Source: Balamuthia mandrillaris (lineage: Eukaryota). Taken from it: a DNA stretch of 64,000 nucleotides. Of this stretch, positions 25,426 to 37,456 are shown piece after piece; within the stretch, counting starts at the first letter, position 1, and each line of letters opens with the position of its first letter. The DNA lies in NCBI GenBank assembly GCA_031835245.2, contig JAVKOQ020000035.1, positions 62,001 through 126,000 of the forward strand, read 5' to 3'. Under the pieces are notes generated by a model. The model ran no database searches and was not told where the DNA came from. It saw nothing but the letters and a program-made list of their open reading frames with translations. The position numbers and the translations under genes are program-made.

Positions 25426-25895
25426 AAGAGAACGATGGGATAAAGAAGAGCTGAGCAGTGGTTAAAGACATCTCCAGCTCAGAAAGTGAACAAATGCTGC
25501 AGTACCCCATAATTACCCTCTTAATGATGCTCCTCCCCCAACACCACTAACCGTGCGGTCACGGATACGACGACCGTGCACGACGTTTTTTTTGCCCCGC
25601 CTCTGTTGGTCGAATGATGTTAAACGCACCCACCGGAAGCCAGGCTTAATTGCCTTCCAACAAAGGGAAGCAAAGTCCCGCAACCGCTACATCTTTTATG
25701 TTATATTGCCAGGCGAAGCTAACAGCTATGCATCAGCATTAGCCTCAGCAAACAAGCAACAGCAACCACAACAAAGCAAAAACTCCTGGAAAAGAAAACG
25801 CAAAGAAGAAGAACAACAAAAGGTTAGGCTTGCTTATATATAATAAAAAAGAGCGAGATAACCAAAACGAAAACGAAAAAACACACACAGGGGGC

Positions 25896-27684
25896 ATGGC
25901 AGGAAACGAGGAGCAGGAGCAGCAGGACCCCATGGAGGTGGCCAGGTGCATCCTCTTCTGGGGCACGGCATCGGCGCCCTACTTCTTCCTGCACCCTTTG
26001 GAGGTGGTCGCCTTCCGGTGGAGCTCTTTTCCCTTTCGTCACAACAAGGACGCCCCTGGCCTTGCTTCTGCTGCTGCACCTTCTTCTTCTTTGTGGGGTG
26101 TCTCTCGTGCTGCAGCACGGTTGTTGCTGTTGCCTGAAACGCAGGCGCGGAGGAACGGCCAGTCGCAGTGGAGACGGTTGGGCAGCGGCCTGTGGGGCCA
26201 CCCAGGGTTCTGGAGCAGGATGCTCATGCTGGAGGATGCTGTGGGTTGGCTGGTGAGCGCCAGGGTCATGTCCCTCTGGGACCAACTCTCCCCGGCTCAC
26301 ACGGGGTGCCGTGGAGGCGGAGGGGGAGAAGAAGAACACGGAGAAGGAGAAGGAGGAAAGCTAGGCGGGTCAAGAGTGGTTTGCTGCTGTTGGGCGGTGG
26401 GCCGGGAGGTGGTGGCGGCTGCGGCGGCAGCATTTGTGGTGAGGCCGCTGGTTGCCGTGAAGAACAGGCTGAACTGCCAGCTGGTAACATCCCTTCTTGT
26501 TCCCTCTTCTGTTCTTCATTTTTTTCTTTTCTTCTCTTCTTTCTTTGTGTTTCATTCTCATAGTTTTCGTTTTTGGTTTGTTCTCCTCTCTGTTTGTTTG
26601 TTTTGTGATGAAAGCCGTTAGGAGATGGCTCCTTCAAGTATACAGGAATGTTGCAATGCTTCCACCGGACGTTGCGGGAGGAAGGCCTGGGAGGGCTCGG
26701 TTACGGGCGGCGGTCCTTTCTGCCGGGTTTCATCGGAGAGCTGAGCAGCCGGCTCTGCTCCACTGCTTTTCGCCATTGCCGATCGTCCCTCATGTTGCAC
26801 ACGCACGATCGGTGGTTCCTCCCCAAGGGCTCCGCTGTTATAGCCAACGATTTTGTTTTGCACAGTCTTGACTTTGGTTTGCTCTTTTTCTTGCTCTTCC
26901 TGTTCTTTTCCTTCTTCTGCCTCTTCCTCTGCCTCTGCCTCTGCCTCTGCCTCTGCCTCTGCCTCTGCCTCTGCCTCTGCCTCTGCCTCTGCCTCTGCCT
27001 CTGCCTCTGCCTCTGCCTCTGCCTCTGCCTCTGCCTCTGCCTCTGCCTCTGCCTCTGCCTCTGCCTCTGCCTCTGCCTCTGCCTCTGCCTCTTCCTCTGC
27101 CTCTTTTGTCTTCTCCTTTCGTATGCGAAAGAATAACTATTCTTTCACCATTAGTGATGGACTACACGACGTACCAAACGATAAACATGGTAGTAACATG
27201 GCCATGGGAGGTAATAACACGGCGATTGGATGTTTCCTCCGTTTATGGAGGAGAAGAAAGAGGAATAGCATACCAAGACTGGCAACAATGCGCAAAGGCG
27301 ATATGGAATGAGGAAGGCTTGCGTGGATTCTACAAGGGCGCTTGGTTGGTGTTGTGCAGGAACGTGGTGACAACGGTTGGGCTAATCTTGGCGTTGGATC
27401 TTCTCATGTTAGGATGGCAGCAATATCAGAAGCACAGAAATTTTGAGGAAGAGGAAGAAGAGAGTGACGCTGAAGGAGAAGAAGAAGAAGACGAAGAAGA
27501 AGAAGACGAAGAAGAAGAAGAAGAAGAAGAAGAAGAAGAAGAAGAAGAACAAGAAGAAGAACAAGAAGAAGAAGAAGAAGAACAAGAAGAAGAAGAACAA
27601 GAACAAGAACAAGAAGAAGAAGAAGAAGAACAAGAAGAAGAAGAAGAAGAGGAAAGAGAAGCCATGGAAGGAAACGAACGGTGA
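25896..27684 (+). CDS. Mitochondrial carrier (SLC25) family protein, divergent, with poly-Glu tail
   Basis: Three signature-like motifs HPLEVVAFRW, RPLVAVKNRL and WPWEVITRRL. Also YTGMLQCFHRTLREEG and AIWNEEGLRGFYKG. Two introns. Confidence 0.8.
26915..27102. repeat. (CTCTGC)n hexamer array, intronic
   Basis: Directly visible. Confidence 0.95.
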
Positions 27685-27721
27685 AAAAAAGAATTATTTA
27701 TTTTGTTGTCAGACCTTTTTG

Positions 27722-30255
27722 TTATCGACCTCCAAAGAAGATATCATGGAATGTTGGGGCAAGTGAAGAAGAGGAGGGGGAAGCAGCTTGTTTGTCCTTT
27801 TGGGGACTGAAGTGCATCTCCATCAACTCCCGTAAGCTTCGTTCTTGCCGTTGCGGAAGTTCTTGTTGTTGGTGGGGTTCTTCTTGATCTTTTTTGATGA
27901 TTACGGTACTGTCATCGTCTGCTTTGATGGGTGGAGGAACTGTTGGATGGCTCGTTGGTTGTTCCTCTTCATCGTGTTTCTTATTTCCGATGTCTTCCGT
28001 TCGTTGAGAGAAAAAGGGAAAAGAAGAAGAAAAAGAAGGAGGCGATGATGAAGAAGGAAAAGGAGAAGATGAAGAAGAAGAAGAAGCAGCAGGAGCAGAA
28101 GGAGAAGATGATGATGATGATGACGAAGAAGAAGAAGAAAAAGAAGAAAATGGTGATGATGAAAGAAAAGCAGAAGAAGAACAGGAAGTAGAGGAAACGG
28201 AAGAGGATGAAGTAGTAGGTGGTAATGGGGATGATGGTGCCCGTGAAGTAGACGACAATAAGGAAGAATCGGTGGTATTTACAGTTGTTGAGATTGTAGC
28301 GTTGTTTGTTGCTAGGGTGCTTTTTGGTCGAAAGAAAAATAAGTTGGAGAATAAGTCGGAATTTTCGGATTCCTGTTTCTCTTCTTCTTTTGTCTGGGCT
28401 GGTTCTTTGTTTTCCTCTAGCCCATGTTCTCTTTGGGGTTGCTCTGCATTTGTTGGTTTGTCATCATTCGGCTGCGGTGTCTCATCCTTGAATAAAGAGG
28501 GCGTAAGAGAAGAAGCAGAAGGTAGTTTCACTAACTCGGTAAGGTCCATTCCTTGTGTGTCCTCTTCTTCTCTTTCTTCTTCTATTTCTCGCTCTTTTTG
28601 GGCGCTTGATGCTTTGACGACATCCATCTTTTCTTCTTCTTTCAGTTTTTGTGGTTCATAGTCTGATACTCCAAGTCGTGCGTACAGCTTATCCATGTGT
28701 TGCTCTAATCGTCGAATGTAACTCTCTCGTTTTCTCAGTTTTTTGGTCAAGCGTTCGTTGATATCGATTTGGCTTTCCAACTGTTCTTCCAACGCCGCCA
28801 TTGTATCTTTCAATTCTGTTTGTAGTTTGCAAACAAAGTTAGACAGATACAAGAACCAATAAAAAGAAGAAAAGACAGCAACCACAAGAACAGAACAAGA
28901 AAGATAAGGTACTTTGGTTCTGGCCCTTAAGAAAAGCAACCAAGTCTGAACGGGCAGACGAAGAAGGCCAGTGATCATTCTCTGACTCTTCTGTTTTAGG
29001 CCTTCTCTTTGGCGGTCGTGGTATCCGTTCCATGCTTTCTCCCTCTTCTTCTTCTTCTTCTTCTTCGTTGAATGTGTCGTGTGACCCCGCATCATCTTCA
29101 TAAAAACGACCAACAGCTTCCTCCTCTTTCTGAAACTCGACTCTCTTTCGTTTGTTTGAAGTTCGTTGTATTGGGCTAACACTGCTGTAACGTGTGATGC
29201 CGAGTGCGTTGCAACGTAATGTAGTCCTATCTTCGTCTTTCAAAGCGATAATAGCATTGCCACGTCGTTTGTCTGCTTGTCTTCACGACATGAAAACAAA
29301 TAAATTTTAGTTCCGAGGTAAGGGAAGAGAATGTGAAGGAAACAACAGAGAGAAAAAATAGGAACAAAGCAAAACCTGTTAGAAGATTCAGAAAACCGAA
29401 AGGAAGTCGGCATCGAATGCCGTTGTCGTTCTCTGCTTTTGCTGACCGAGTTATTCTCTCTCTTTCCTGGCGGAGTTAAAGATACAGCAGCGGTGCTGAT
29501 GCGATGGTGGCGAGCAATGAAGGGAGAGGAGGACGGCGATGACTGCACGTCCGAGTGGTGTCGTGCCAAAAGTTGCTGAGATAGCGGTGATTCTCGCCAG
29601 GTCAGCAACATGGCTACCACGTGCTTACAGGTGCCTTTATGTTCGTTTATCTGTGAGAAAAAAGAGGAGAATGGAGAGTAGAGAGCAGCAGAGAGAGAGA
29701 GAGAGAAGAAGAAGAAGATGGAGAGAGCAAGAAGAAGAAGAAGAAGAAGAAGAAGAAGAAGAAGAAGAAGAACAACAAGAAGAAGAAGAAGAAGAAGAAC
29801 AAGAAGAACAAGAACAAGAAGAACAAGAAGAACACCTGAAGTAATGCTAACCTTCATTGCCCACAGGACAAGAACAAAAGGCCTCACCCAGTAAAAGTTT
29901 TCCGTTTCTGGACTTTACGGCCGCCCACAAGCTATACGGCTCCGCTCTGCTCCCCTATATTATTTTTTTTGAGGCAAACCCAAACAACAGAAGCATGTTA
30001 GGCAAAACAAGAAGAAAAAATAAAAAAGAACGAAAAAAAAAAACGAACGAACGTACCTGACATTTGGCCAGGACGGTGGAGTCCCTTTGCTGTAACTCAG
30101 CCACAGCTCCGCTTTCAAAGTACTTTCATTTTTGTGATGAAGATGTGAGCACACACAAAGAGCGAGGAGGCACGGAGAGAGAGAAAACCAACCTCAACGC
30201 CGCGCTGGTAGCTGGTGGACCCCGCCTTGAGGCGGATCTGCTCCACACCAAGCAT
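27722..30255 (-). CDS. SWIM zinc-finger protein with coiled coil and low-complexity C-terminus, multi-exon
   Basis: Spliced N-terminus MLGVEQIRLKAGSTSYQRGVE|YFESGAV...AKCQ|GSRAEPY...FCSCPVGNE|GTCKHVVAMLL, giving CxC...CxH. Confidence 0.75.
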
Positions 30256-30414
30256 TGCCGATGGGCTGTGATGTTATTATTAACACCGAAATCTGTTTTC
30301 TTTTTTTTTTTGGGTTTTTTTTTTCACTTTTAAAATTTTCCAAGTAAATATTTTCCAAGTAATTTTCCGGAAAATAATTTATAAATTTTTCCAAGTAATT
30401 TAGTCGACAAAAAT

Positions 30415-31403
30415 TCACAGGTATGTTACTGCGGGAGAAAGGAGCTCATCCACCTCAGGCAGCACCACGTTCAATCGGCTATCTACGTGCCGTTCGAGCT
30501 CGCTCACGGAAGGCAGAGCGTTCTCTATGCTCTCCCTCCTTTGGCGGGTTTGTGCTTTCTGCTTCTCTTCTCCCTCTACGGAGTGCCGTTGTTGTTGCGT
30601 CTTCTTCTCTTTTCTCCTCTTTCTTTCTTCGTGCATCTTCTTGTTCTTCTTCCGTTCTTCTGAGGATGTGTCTACGCTCTCTCTTCGACTGCCGCTGCTG
30701 CTGTGCCTTCGTTGGGGTGTTGTCAGTTGTTGCGTTTCTTTGCGTGGAGTAGAGGAGGAAGATGAAGAAGGAGAGGGAGAAGACGAGGATGAAGCAGATG
30801 AAGCAGTGGTAATCACAGAAGAAACTGTCGGCTTTTCTGGTGGATGAGGCAACACTGTACCATCCTCCAAAGCAACGCTCATGTTAAGAGCAGAGTAGAG
30901 GGTGATGCCTTGTTGCCGTTCTTCCTCTGTTATCGCGGCATCATCCAGTGTCTTCAGTCCTCTGAAACGACATGCCACGTATCTCCTATTTTTGTCACGT
31001 TTAAGAAGAGGAGAAGAAGAACAACAAGAACGAAAACAAAGAGGCAGAAAAAGAACAACGACAACAACAGAAACAAAAAAAAGACACACCGATAGTCTTT
31101 GTACTGCTTCAACGAAGCCCCCACAAAATAGTTCGGGCATGCCTCATTGCCCAGCATGGAGAGGTACCTCAGCCCATGGAGCGGGGCCTCCAGGAGGTTG
31201 TCCAAAAACACCGCCAGGTTCTTGATCTGGTTGTTGTTCACCCAGAGGGTGTGCAGGGAGGGCAGGGCGGGGAATTTGGTATGGGAGGTCAGCTGGTTGT
31301 TGTCCAGGACCAATGTTTCCAGCTTGGAGAAAGCCTGCAGGGACCTCAAGTTGCTAAAGAGAGTTTGTGTGAGTGGCAAAGGCGGAGAACAAAAGAGAAG
31401 AGG

Positions 31404-31455
<52 letters not shown>

Positions 31456-31631
31456 CAAGAGAGGGAGAGAGAGAGAGAGAGAGGAGAGAGAAACATGGAT
31501 AAACGGTTGTGGGAGAGGTCCAAGTGACGGATGTAGGAGGAGTGCCGCAGGATGACCTCTTTGGGAATGTCTTCCAGGTCACGAAAGGCCAAAGAAAGCT
31601 GAAACTTGGGATCAGAGGAAGGCGCCAACAT
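30415..31631 (-). CDS. Leucine-rich repeat protein, LRMDA/C10orf11-like
   Basis: HLDLSHNRL, LETLVLDNNQL, LHTLWVNNNQI, LRYLSMLGNEACPN...YKDYR|RYV...LKTLDDAAITEEER (LRRcap). Confidence 0.8.
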
Positions 31632-31832
31632 CTCGTAACTCTTCAACTTCTTTGGGGGTTTTTTGCCTCTTCTTTTTTAATTCCATATTTAGTGAAATTT
31701 CCCTTATTAAAAAGAATTTTTTGATTTTTGATTGGTTCCTTTATATTTGTCGACATTATAAGAGATCGTCGATCGTCGACAGAAATACATTCTTTACATA
31801 CCAAAGCATTCCTTTGCAAGAAGGAAAGAAAG

Positions 31833-33214
31833 ATGAACGGACGGTCTGCAGCCAGCAGGCCTGCGCTGAAGATAGGCTCGCTGGAGGAGCTGGCGAGAGT
31901 CACCCATTTCAACGGACTCTCTGTGGAACACATCGAACGGAGAGCAATGCCTCTGGAAGACAAAACAGAGTAGGTATATTGATTCGGTGCTACGATTTCG
32001 CTTTTTTTCTTGCCTTCTGCTTATCTCATCTCATCTTTTTCAATGGTTAAAAAAAAAAGAGACCCGGAAGAAGCACCCTTTCGTTCTCACATGGGTTTCT
32101 TGGGACCAGGAGAGAAGCTATTGCAGGTTATGGAGGACGACTGGCAAACCGTGCTCCACTCGCTCCATACCACCCACCTCGAATTGGCTTATCATATCAA
32201 AGCTCTTATTCTCGCTTCTGAAGTGCGTCTTCTTTCTTTCTTTCGCTTCTTTCTCTTTCTCTTTCTCTTTCTCTTTCTCTTTCTCTTTCTCTTCTCTTTC
32301 TCTTTCTCTTTCTCTTTCTCTCTCTCTTTCTCTCTCTCTTTCTCTTTCTCTTTCTCTATCTCTTTCTCTTTCTCTTTCTCTTTCTCTTTATGCTTCTTAC
32401 TTCCTCCATGCAAACCAACCCCCAAAAGAACGTCAAACATACCGCCGAACTGCTCTACGACCTTCCCAAGAGCTACAAAGCCGCCTTGCAGCGATACTTC
32501 ACATCGTCACCGAAGCTTATGCCTCCCAAGAAAAGCTCTTTGCGGCAGCTTCGTGGCCAGCCTCAACCCCTTCGTGTGACCAAAGACTTTTTCCTCGGTT
32601 ATCAATACTCGCTGTTCTACAACAACAACAAGCGTGAAGCAGCACAAGCAAAGAGCAGCACGAATAAAAAGGAGAAGACCAAGAAAGATAAGCCAGACAC
32701 TAAGGATGAAGAAGAGGCCGACGACGAGGCACAATGGAAATGGTGCGTGGAGTACAAGTTCAAGAACCTCAACAACGGCCTCAAGGTGTGCATCGGGGGT
32801 GATGCCACCGCCGGGGTGGTCCGCTACATCCAAAACTATGGCTTCTACGAAGGGGGAGGCCCCAGCAACGCCTACCGGGTTGACCCTTCCGTGTTGGTGG
32901 CGGTGTTGACGGGGCAGCGCAACGAGGGGGCCTTGCGGTGGGCTGAGGAGAGGGCGCAGCTCAAGCTGACGCGATTGCAACGCGAAAAGGAGGCATGGGA
33001 GGAAGAGTACACCAAGAGAAAGGAGAAACGGTTGAAAGAAGAAGAAGAAGGAGAAGAGGACCAGCAAGACCACAAAAGGAAGCAAAGTCAACCGGAAGAG
33101 GAGGAGCTGGCGTGTTTGTTGGGGCAGGTTCAACTCCAAACGCAACGGCTGGCCGCAAAAAGGTTGAAGTACGCCGCATTTCTCGGCAAGTTGCAAGAAA
33201 ACTCTGCCCTGTAA
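31833..33214 (+). CDS. Protein of unknown function, three exons
   Basis: Splices cleanly; globular motifs GFLGPGEKLLQVMEDDWQTV...THLELA and YIQNYGFYEGGGPSNAYRVDP; coding-like composition. Confidence 0.7.
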
Positions 33215-33798
33215 CCACGGGGCTTGTTTGCTACAGCGGGACAACCAAAAAAAAAAACAAAGCCCTCTCTGTATCTCGCACTTTCTTTTCTTTTCGTTTG
33301 TTTAATTATACAATTCGGGTGTTTGCCCGATTTGAATAGATGACGTGTGGTGGTTGCTGTGTAACACAGATACAATTACTATATATATAAAAAAAGGAAT
33401 GTTTCATTTAGATTGGAGACCACGTTACCCAGGACAACGAAATCAGGCAAATTTCATATAGACTAGCATCAGTAATTTACCTTAAATGTACATTTCGGTA
33501 GATTTTCGTTGTCCGCAGGAAATTTCCGTCAAAGGAAATGATTGACTGTTCGCATGGTTGTTGTTGCCCTATCCGGGCACGTGTGCAGCGCTTAGAGGAA
33601 GAAGGGCCACCGATACGAAGAAGTTCGGGGAAGAAAGAGCAACCCCAAAAAAAAAAAAATTGACAGCCCACAATAGCGGATTCCTTTGGTTCCCTCCTCT
33701 GTTCCTTTTCTTTTTTTGTTTGTCTTCTGGTTCAACCAACCACAACCGAAAGAGAACAACAACACCGACAAGAACACTGCAAGGGTGAACGAACTACT

Positions 33799-35035
33799 AT
33801 GCGATTGCTATGTCGTTCCTTCTCTTCTGACACCAGCCGTATCGACTTTAGGTACCGACAAAGGGAGTCCGTCCTGGCAGAAGCAGGTTAGTAAGCCTGC
33901 CTCTCCTTCCTTCTTGCGCTTTTTTCTTCTTGTTTTTTTCCTGTCTGACCCGTGGCTCTGCAATTGTGGTCCCGCCGAACAGAACCGAACATAGAACCAG
34001 ACCAAGAGCTGCGGTACATGGTGAGGGACTACCATGTTCGACGGCACCTTGGCTCCGGAGCAGGGGCCAGGGTCTACCTCGGGCAACATAAGAACTGCCT
34101 CCGTCAAAAGGTAGCCCTCAAAGTGGTGGACAAGAAGCTTCCCTCCGCTGCCTCTTGCCCCACCAACTCGGGGACGCACAAGGCCGCCTGCGTGGACCCT
34201 TGTTGCCAAGAGAGAGCGCTGCGCATGGCGAGAAGAGAGATCGCTGTGCTGAAAGAGCTCCCTCCACACAAGAACATCATCAAGCTGATAGATACGGTAG
34301 AGAACCAGAAGCGGCTGTGCATAGTGCTGGAGTACGCTGACGGCGGGGATCTCTTTGAGTACGTCTGCAGGAACGGAAGGTTGCAGGAGTGGGAGGCGTG
34401 GACCATCTTTCGACAGATCATTGAAGCCATTGGGCATATGCACAAGCACGGTTTCATCCATAGAGATATCAAGGTCAGTTGACCTGCTCGCTTCTTTTCT
34501 TTTGCTTCTCTTTGTTCTTTTCTCACGTTACAACAACACACAAAACAAACAGCCAGAGAACATTCTGTTGACAATGGACCGAAGGGTGCTGCTCTGCGAC
34601 TTTGGTTTAGGTGCCAGATGGAGCAGCCTCTCTCCGACCAACGCCATATGTGGCAGCTTCCACTATGCCGCTCCCGAGGTCTTGACAGCGGAGTACTATG
34701 TTGGACCCGAGGTCGATCTGTGGAGCTGTGGAGCGGTGTTGTACATGATGCTCATGGGAAGAGTTCCCTTTGCCGCGCCCACCTCTGCCGAGAGCCTCAA
34801 CAACATTCTCTGCGGTGCGTTGGACCTCGGCTTCCACGTCTCCCTGGAGGCAGCGGACCTCCTTCGTAGGCTCTTGCAACCCAACTCCTTGCACAGGGCA
34901 ACGCTGTTGGACGTTTGGAGCCACCCATGGTTCAACCGAGCGCCACACCGAGAAAGGAGCGCCTCTGCGCCCTGGCTGAAAACCTATCCAGCCTTATCCT
35001 TCCATAACGATCCGCTTCAATGTAATTATGCATGA
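33799..35035 (+). CDS. CAMK-like (SNF1/MARK-related) Ser/Thr kinase
   Basis: LGSGAGARV, VALK, HRDIK|PENILL, DFGL, CGSFHYAAPE, YVGPEVDLWSCG; two introns. Confidence 0.92.
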
Positions 35036-35225
35036 ACATTTTTGTACATATCAAGCTCGCGAGCAGTTCGTGTTGCTTTTCGAAAGAGAGACCCAGGGCA
35101 GCGGGTTCGTGGCAACCTGCCGTAGCACACCTGATATAAGTCACCAAAAAATATATGAATTCTATAATTCCGATCAATAAAAGGGTGGCCATTCCTCCTC
35201 AACTTTAGCGAATTTCCGGCATAAC

Positions 35226-35297
35226 GGCGCCTTAGCTTAGTGGTAGAGCGTCAGTCTTGTAAACTGAAGGTCACGAGTTCGATCCTCGTAGGCGCCT
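35226..35297 (+). tRNA. tRNA-Thr(TGT)
   Basis: 72-nt cloverleaf; anticodon loop CTTGTAA; poly-T terminator. Confidence 0.97.
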
Positions 35298-35529
35298 ATT
35301 TCTTTTTTTTTTTGCGTTCGTGGGCGTCCCCATTGCCTTTGCTTTCGATGTGAGGCCTTCAGTTTTTGGTGGCCGCCTCACCGGTGCAAATCCCTCATAA
35401 AGGGGCGCCGAAACAGGCCAATAAATAGGTGGTAAGGAACTACCAGCCCATATCACAACACTTCTCTCTTCTCACGTTTCGCATGATTTTGACAGCAAAA
35501 AAAGCAAAATAAAAGTTATGTTTCCACGC

Positions 35530-35601
35530 GGCGCCTTAGCTTAGTGGTAGAGCGTCAGTCTCGTAAACTGAAGGTCACGAGTTCGATCCTCGTAGGCGCC
35601 T
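35530..35601 (+). tRNA. tRNA-Thr(CGT)
   Basis: Identical to the 22182-22253 copy in reverse orientation. Confidence 0.97.
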
Positions 35602-35695
35602 GCTTCTTTTTTCACTTTTATTCCGGTTCGACACCACTTCCCGCCAATTTGATTTTTTTTTTTTTTTTGATGAAGAAAGGCGAAAGAGAAAGGAG

Positions 35696-37429
35696 ATGGC
35701 CACCGATTTCTTCTGCTGCTACTTGCTCACCTCCAAGGACCCCAGGTACAAGCACCACACCTACATCGGCTTCACCCTGAACCCCGCCCGCCGGCTGCGC
35801 CAACACAACGGGGAGCTCGTCAACGGCGCCAAACGCACGCAACGCAAACGGCCTTGGTACGGCATTTTCTCTTGCTCCTTTTTTTTCCTTCCTCTCTCCC
35901 TCTTCTTTCTCTTCTTTTTCTTCCATCTTTTCTTTCTTCGTGCTTCGCGCTTCTCACTTCTTTTTTTTTTTTCCATCCACAACAAAAACATAAGGGAAAT
36001 GGTGATGTTGGTGCACGGCTTTCCCAACAAGATCAGCGCCCTTCAGTTCGAGTGGGCCTGGCAGCACCCCTACAAGAGCGCACGCCTGCGCAGCGCCCTC
36101 CTTCACGGCAGCGAGGGGAGAAGGAACATTGGCAACATCCATTTGTTGCGCGCTAAAGTATGTAGTGGTGTTTTCTCTTTTTTTGATGTTTCACCGAGCA
36201 TTCATGTACCGGCGCTACGCACAAACAGATACGGTTTGCTTTTGAGTTGGTGTGCGTTTCGCCGTGGCACCGCTTACCTCTCACCGTTCATTGGCTGACT
36301 CAGGTTCTTGTTCTTCTCTTCTTAGGCTTCTCCTCCTTGTTGTGGTTGTTCTTGTTCGGCTTCTTGTTCTTGTTGTTCTTCTTGTTCTTGTTCTTGTTCT
36401 TGTTCTTCTTCTTCTTCTTCTTGTTCTCCTTCTTCTTCTTGTTCTTCTTGTTCTTCTTCTTCTTCTTCTTCTTCTTCTTCTTCTTCTTCTTCTTGTTCTT
36501 CGTCTTCCTTCGTCTTCTTCTTGTTCTTGTTCTTCTTATTCTTCTTGTGCTTCTTCTCCTTCTTCTGCTTCTGCTTGTTTTCGTTCTTGTTCTTCTTCTT
36601 CCTTCGTCTTCTCTTGTTCTCTTCTTTCTTTTTCTACGTCTCCCATCTGTCTGGCTCTAAGTATTTCTGTTTTGTTTTGTTCCAACCAAAGGACTATCAC
36701 AACTTGTTAGAGCACTGCCCCACGCCACCAAAACACATAAAGACAAACATAGGACCGCTTTCCACTTTCAACATAAGCGATGATGTTGTGGACGATGATG
36801 AGGATGACGATGAAGAAGACGACGAAGGAGAGGAGGATGAAAGCAAATATGATGAACATGAAAGAGAACATGAGACAGAATTCTCGTTTGAGTTTCTTGC
36901 AGAACAAGAACCATTTGACAACGAAGAAGAAGAAGAAGCAGAAGAAGCACTAACCACTAAAAGCAACTCAAGGTCCAACCGACATCAATGCTGCTTTCTG
37001 TGTGCCAACACAATAGCCATTCCCTCCAACGACACAAACGACATCAACGAAACCGAAAAAGAGGACAACAGCCTTGCTTGTTTGTGGCAAGGATGCAAGA
37101 TGCAAGCACACATGTTATGTTTGGCAAAATGGTTTCTGCGTTCGGAAGAGGAAGAAGAAGCTGAGGAGCTGCTGCTGCCAACTTCAGGAGTTTGTCCTTC
37201 ATGCAGAAAGCCGCTTTCTTGGAGTCAGGTCATACAACGGATGAAGCAGAGAAAGAAACAGAAGAAGCAGACGACGAATAAAAGAGCAAGAAAGGAACAG
37301 GAAGGAAGACGCAACAGACGAGGAGAGGCAACAGCTTCTTCGTCGTCGACGAAACAAGCTTGTCAAAGCAGAACGGATGAGGAACAACAAACAACAAAAC
37401 GAAGAAGAGGCAGAACAAATGTTGAATGA
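35696..37429 (+). CDS. SLX1: Structure-specific endonuclease subunit SLX1 (GIY-YIG plus RING-like)
   Basis: CYLLTS...[19 protein letters not shown]...GAKRT...[29 protein letters not shown]-terminal CxxC...C-x4-C...HMLCLAKWF...[11 protein letters not shown]. Confidence 0.95.
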
Positions 37430-37456
37430 ATCAAGTTTGTTGTGCCAAAGAACCAA

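Noticed and set aside
26853..27766. Poly-SA, poly-CL, poly-K and poly-F ORFs here and at similar tracts
   Set aside because: They are translations of microsatellites or of alternative frames.
35340..35425. HDV-like or hammerhead ribozyme
   Set aside because: It lacks P3/L3 and the CUGANGA core.
4725..37429. BRCA2, SWIM protein and SLX1 as a DNA-repair gene cluster
   Set aside because: They are separated by many unrelated genes, so chance is a sufficient explanation.
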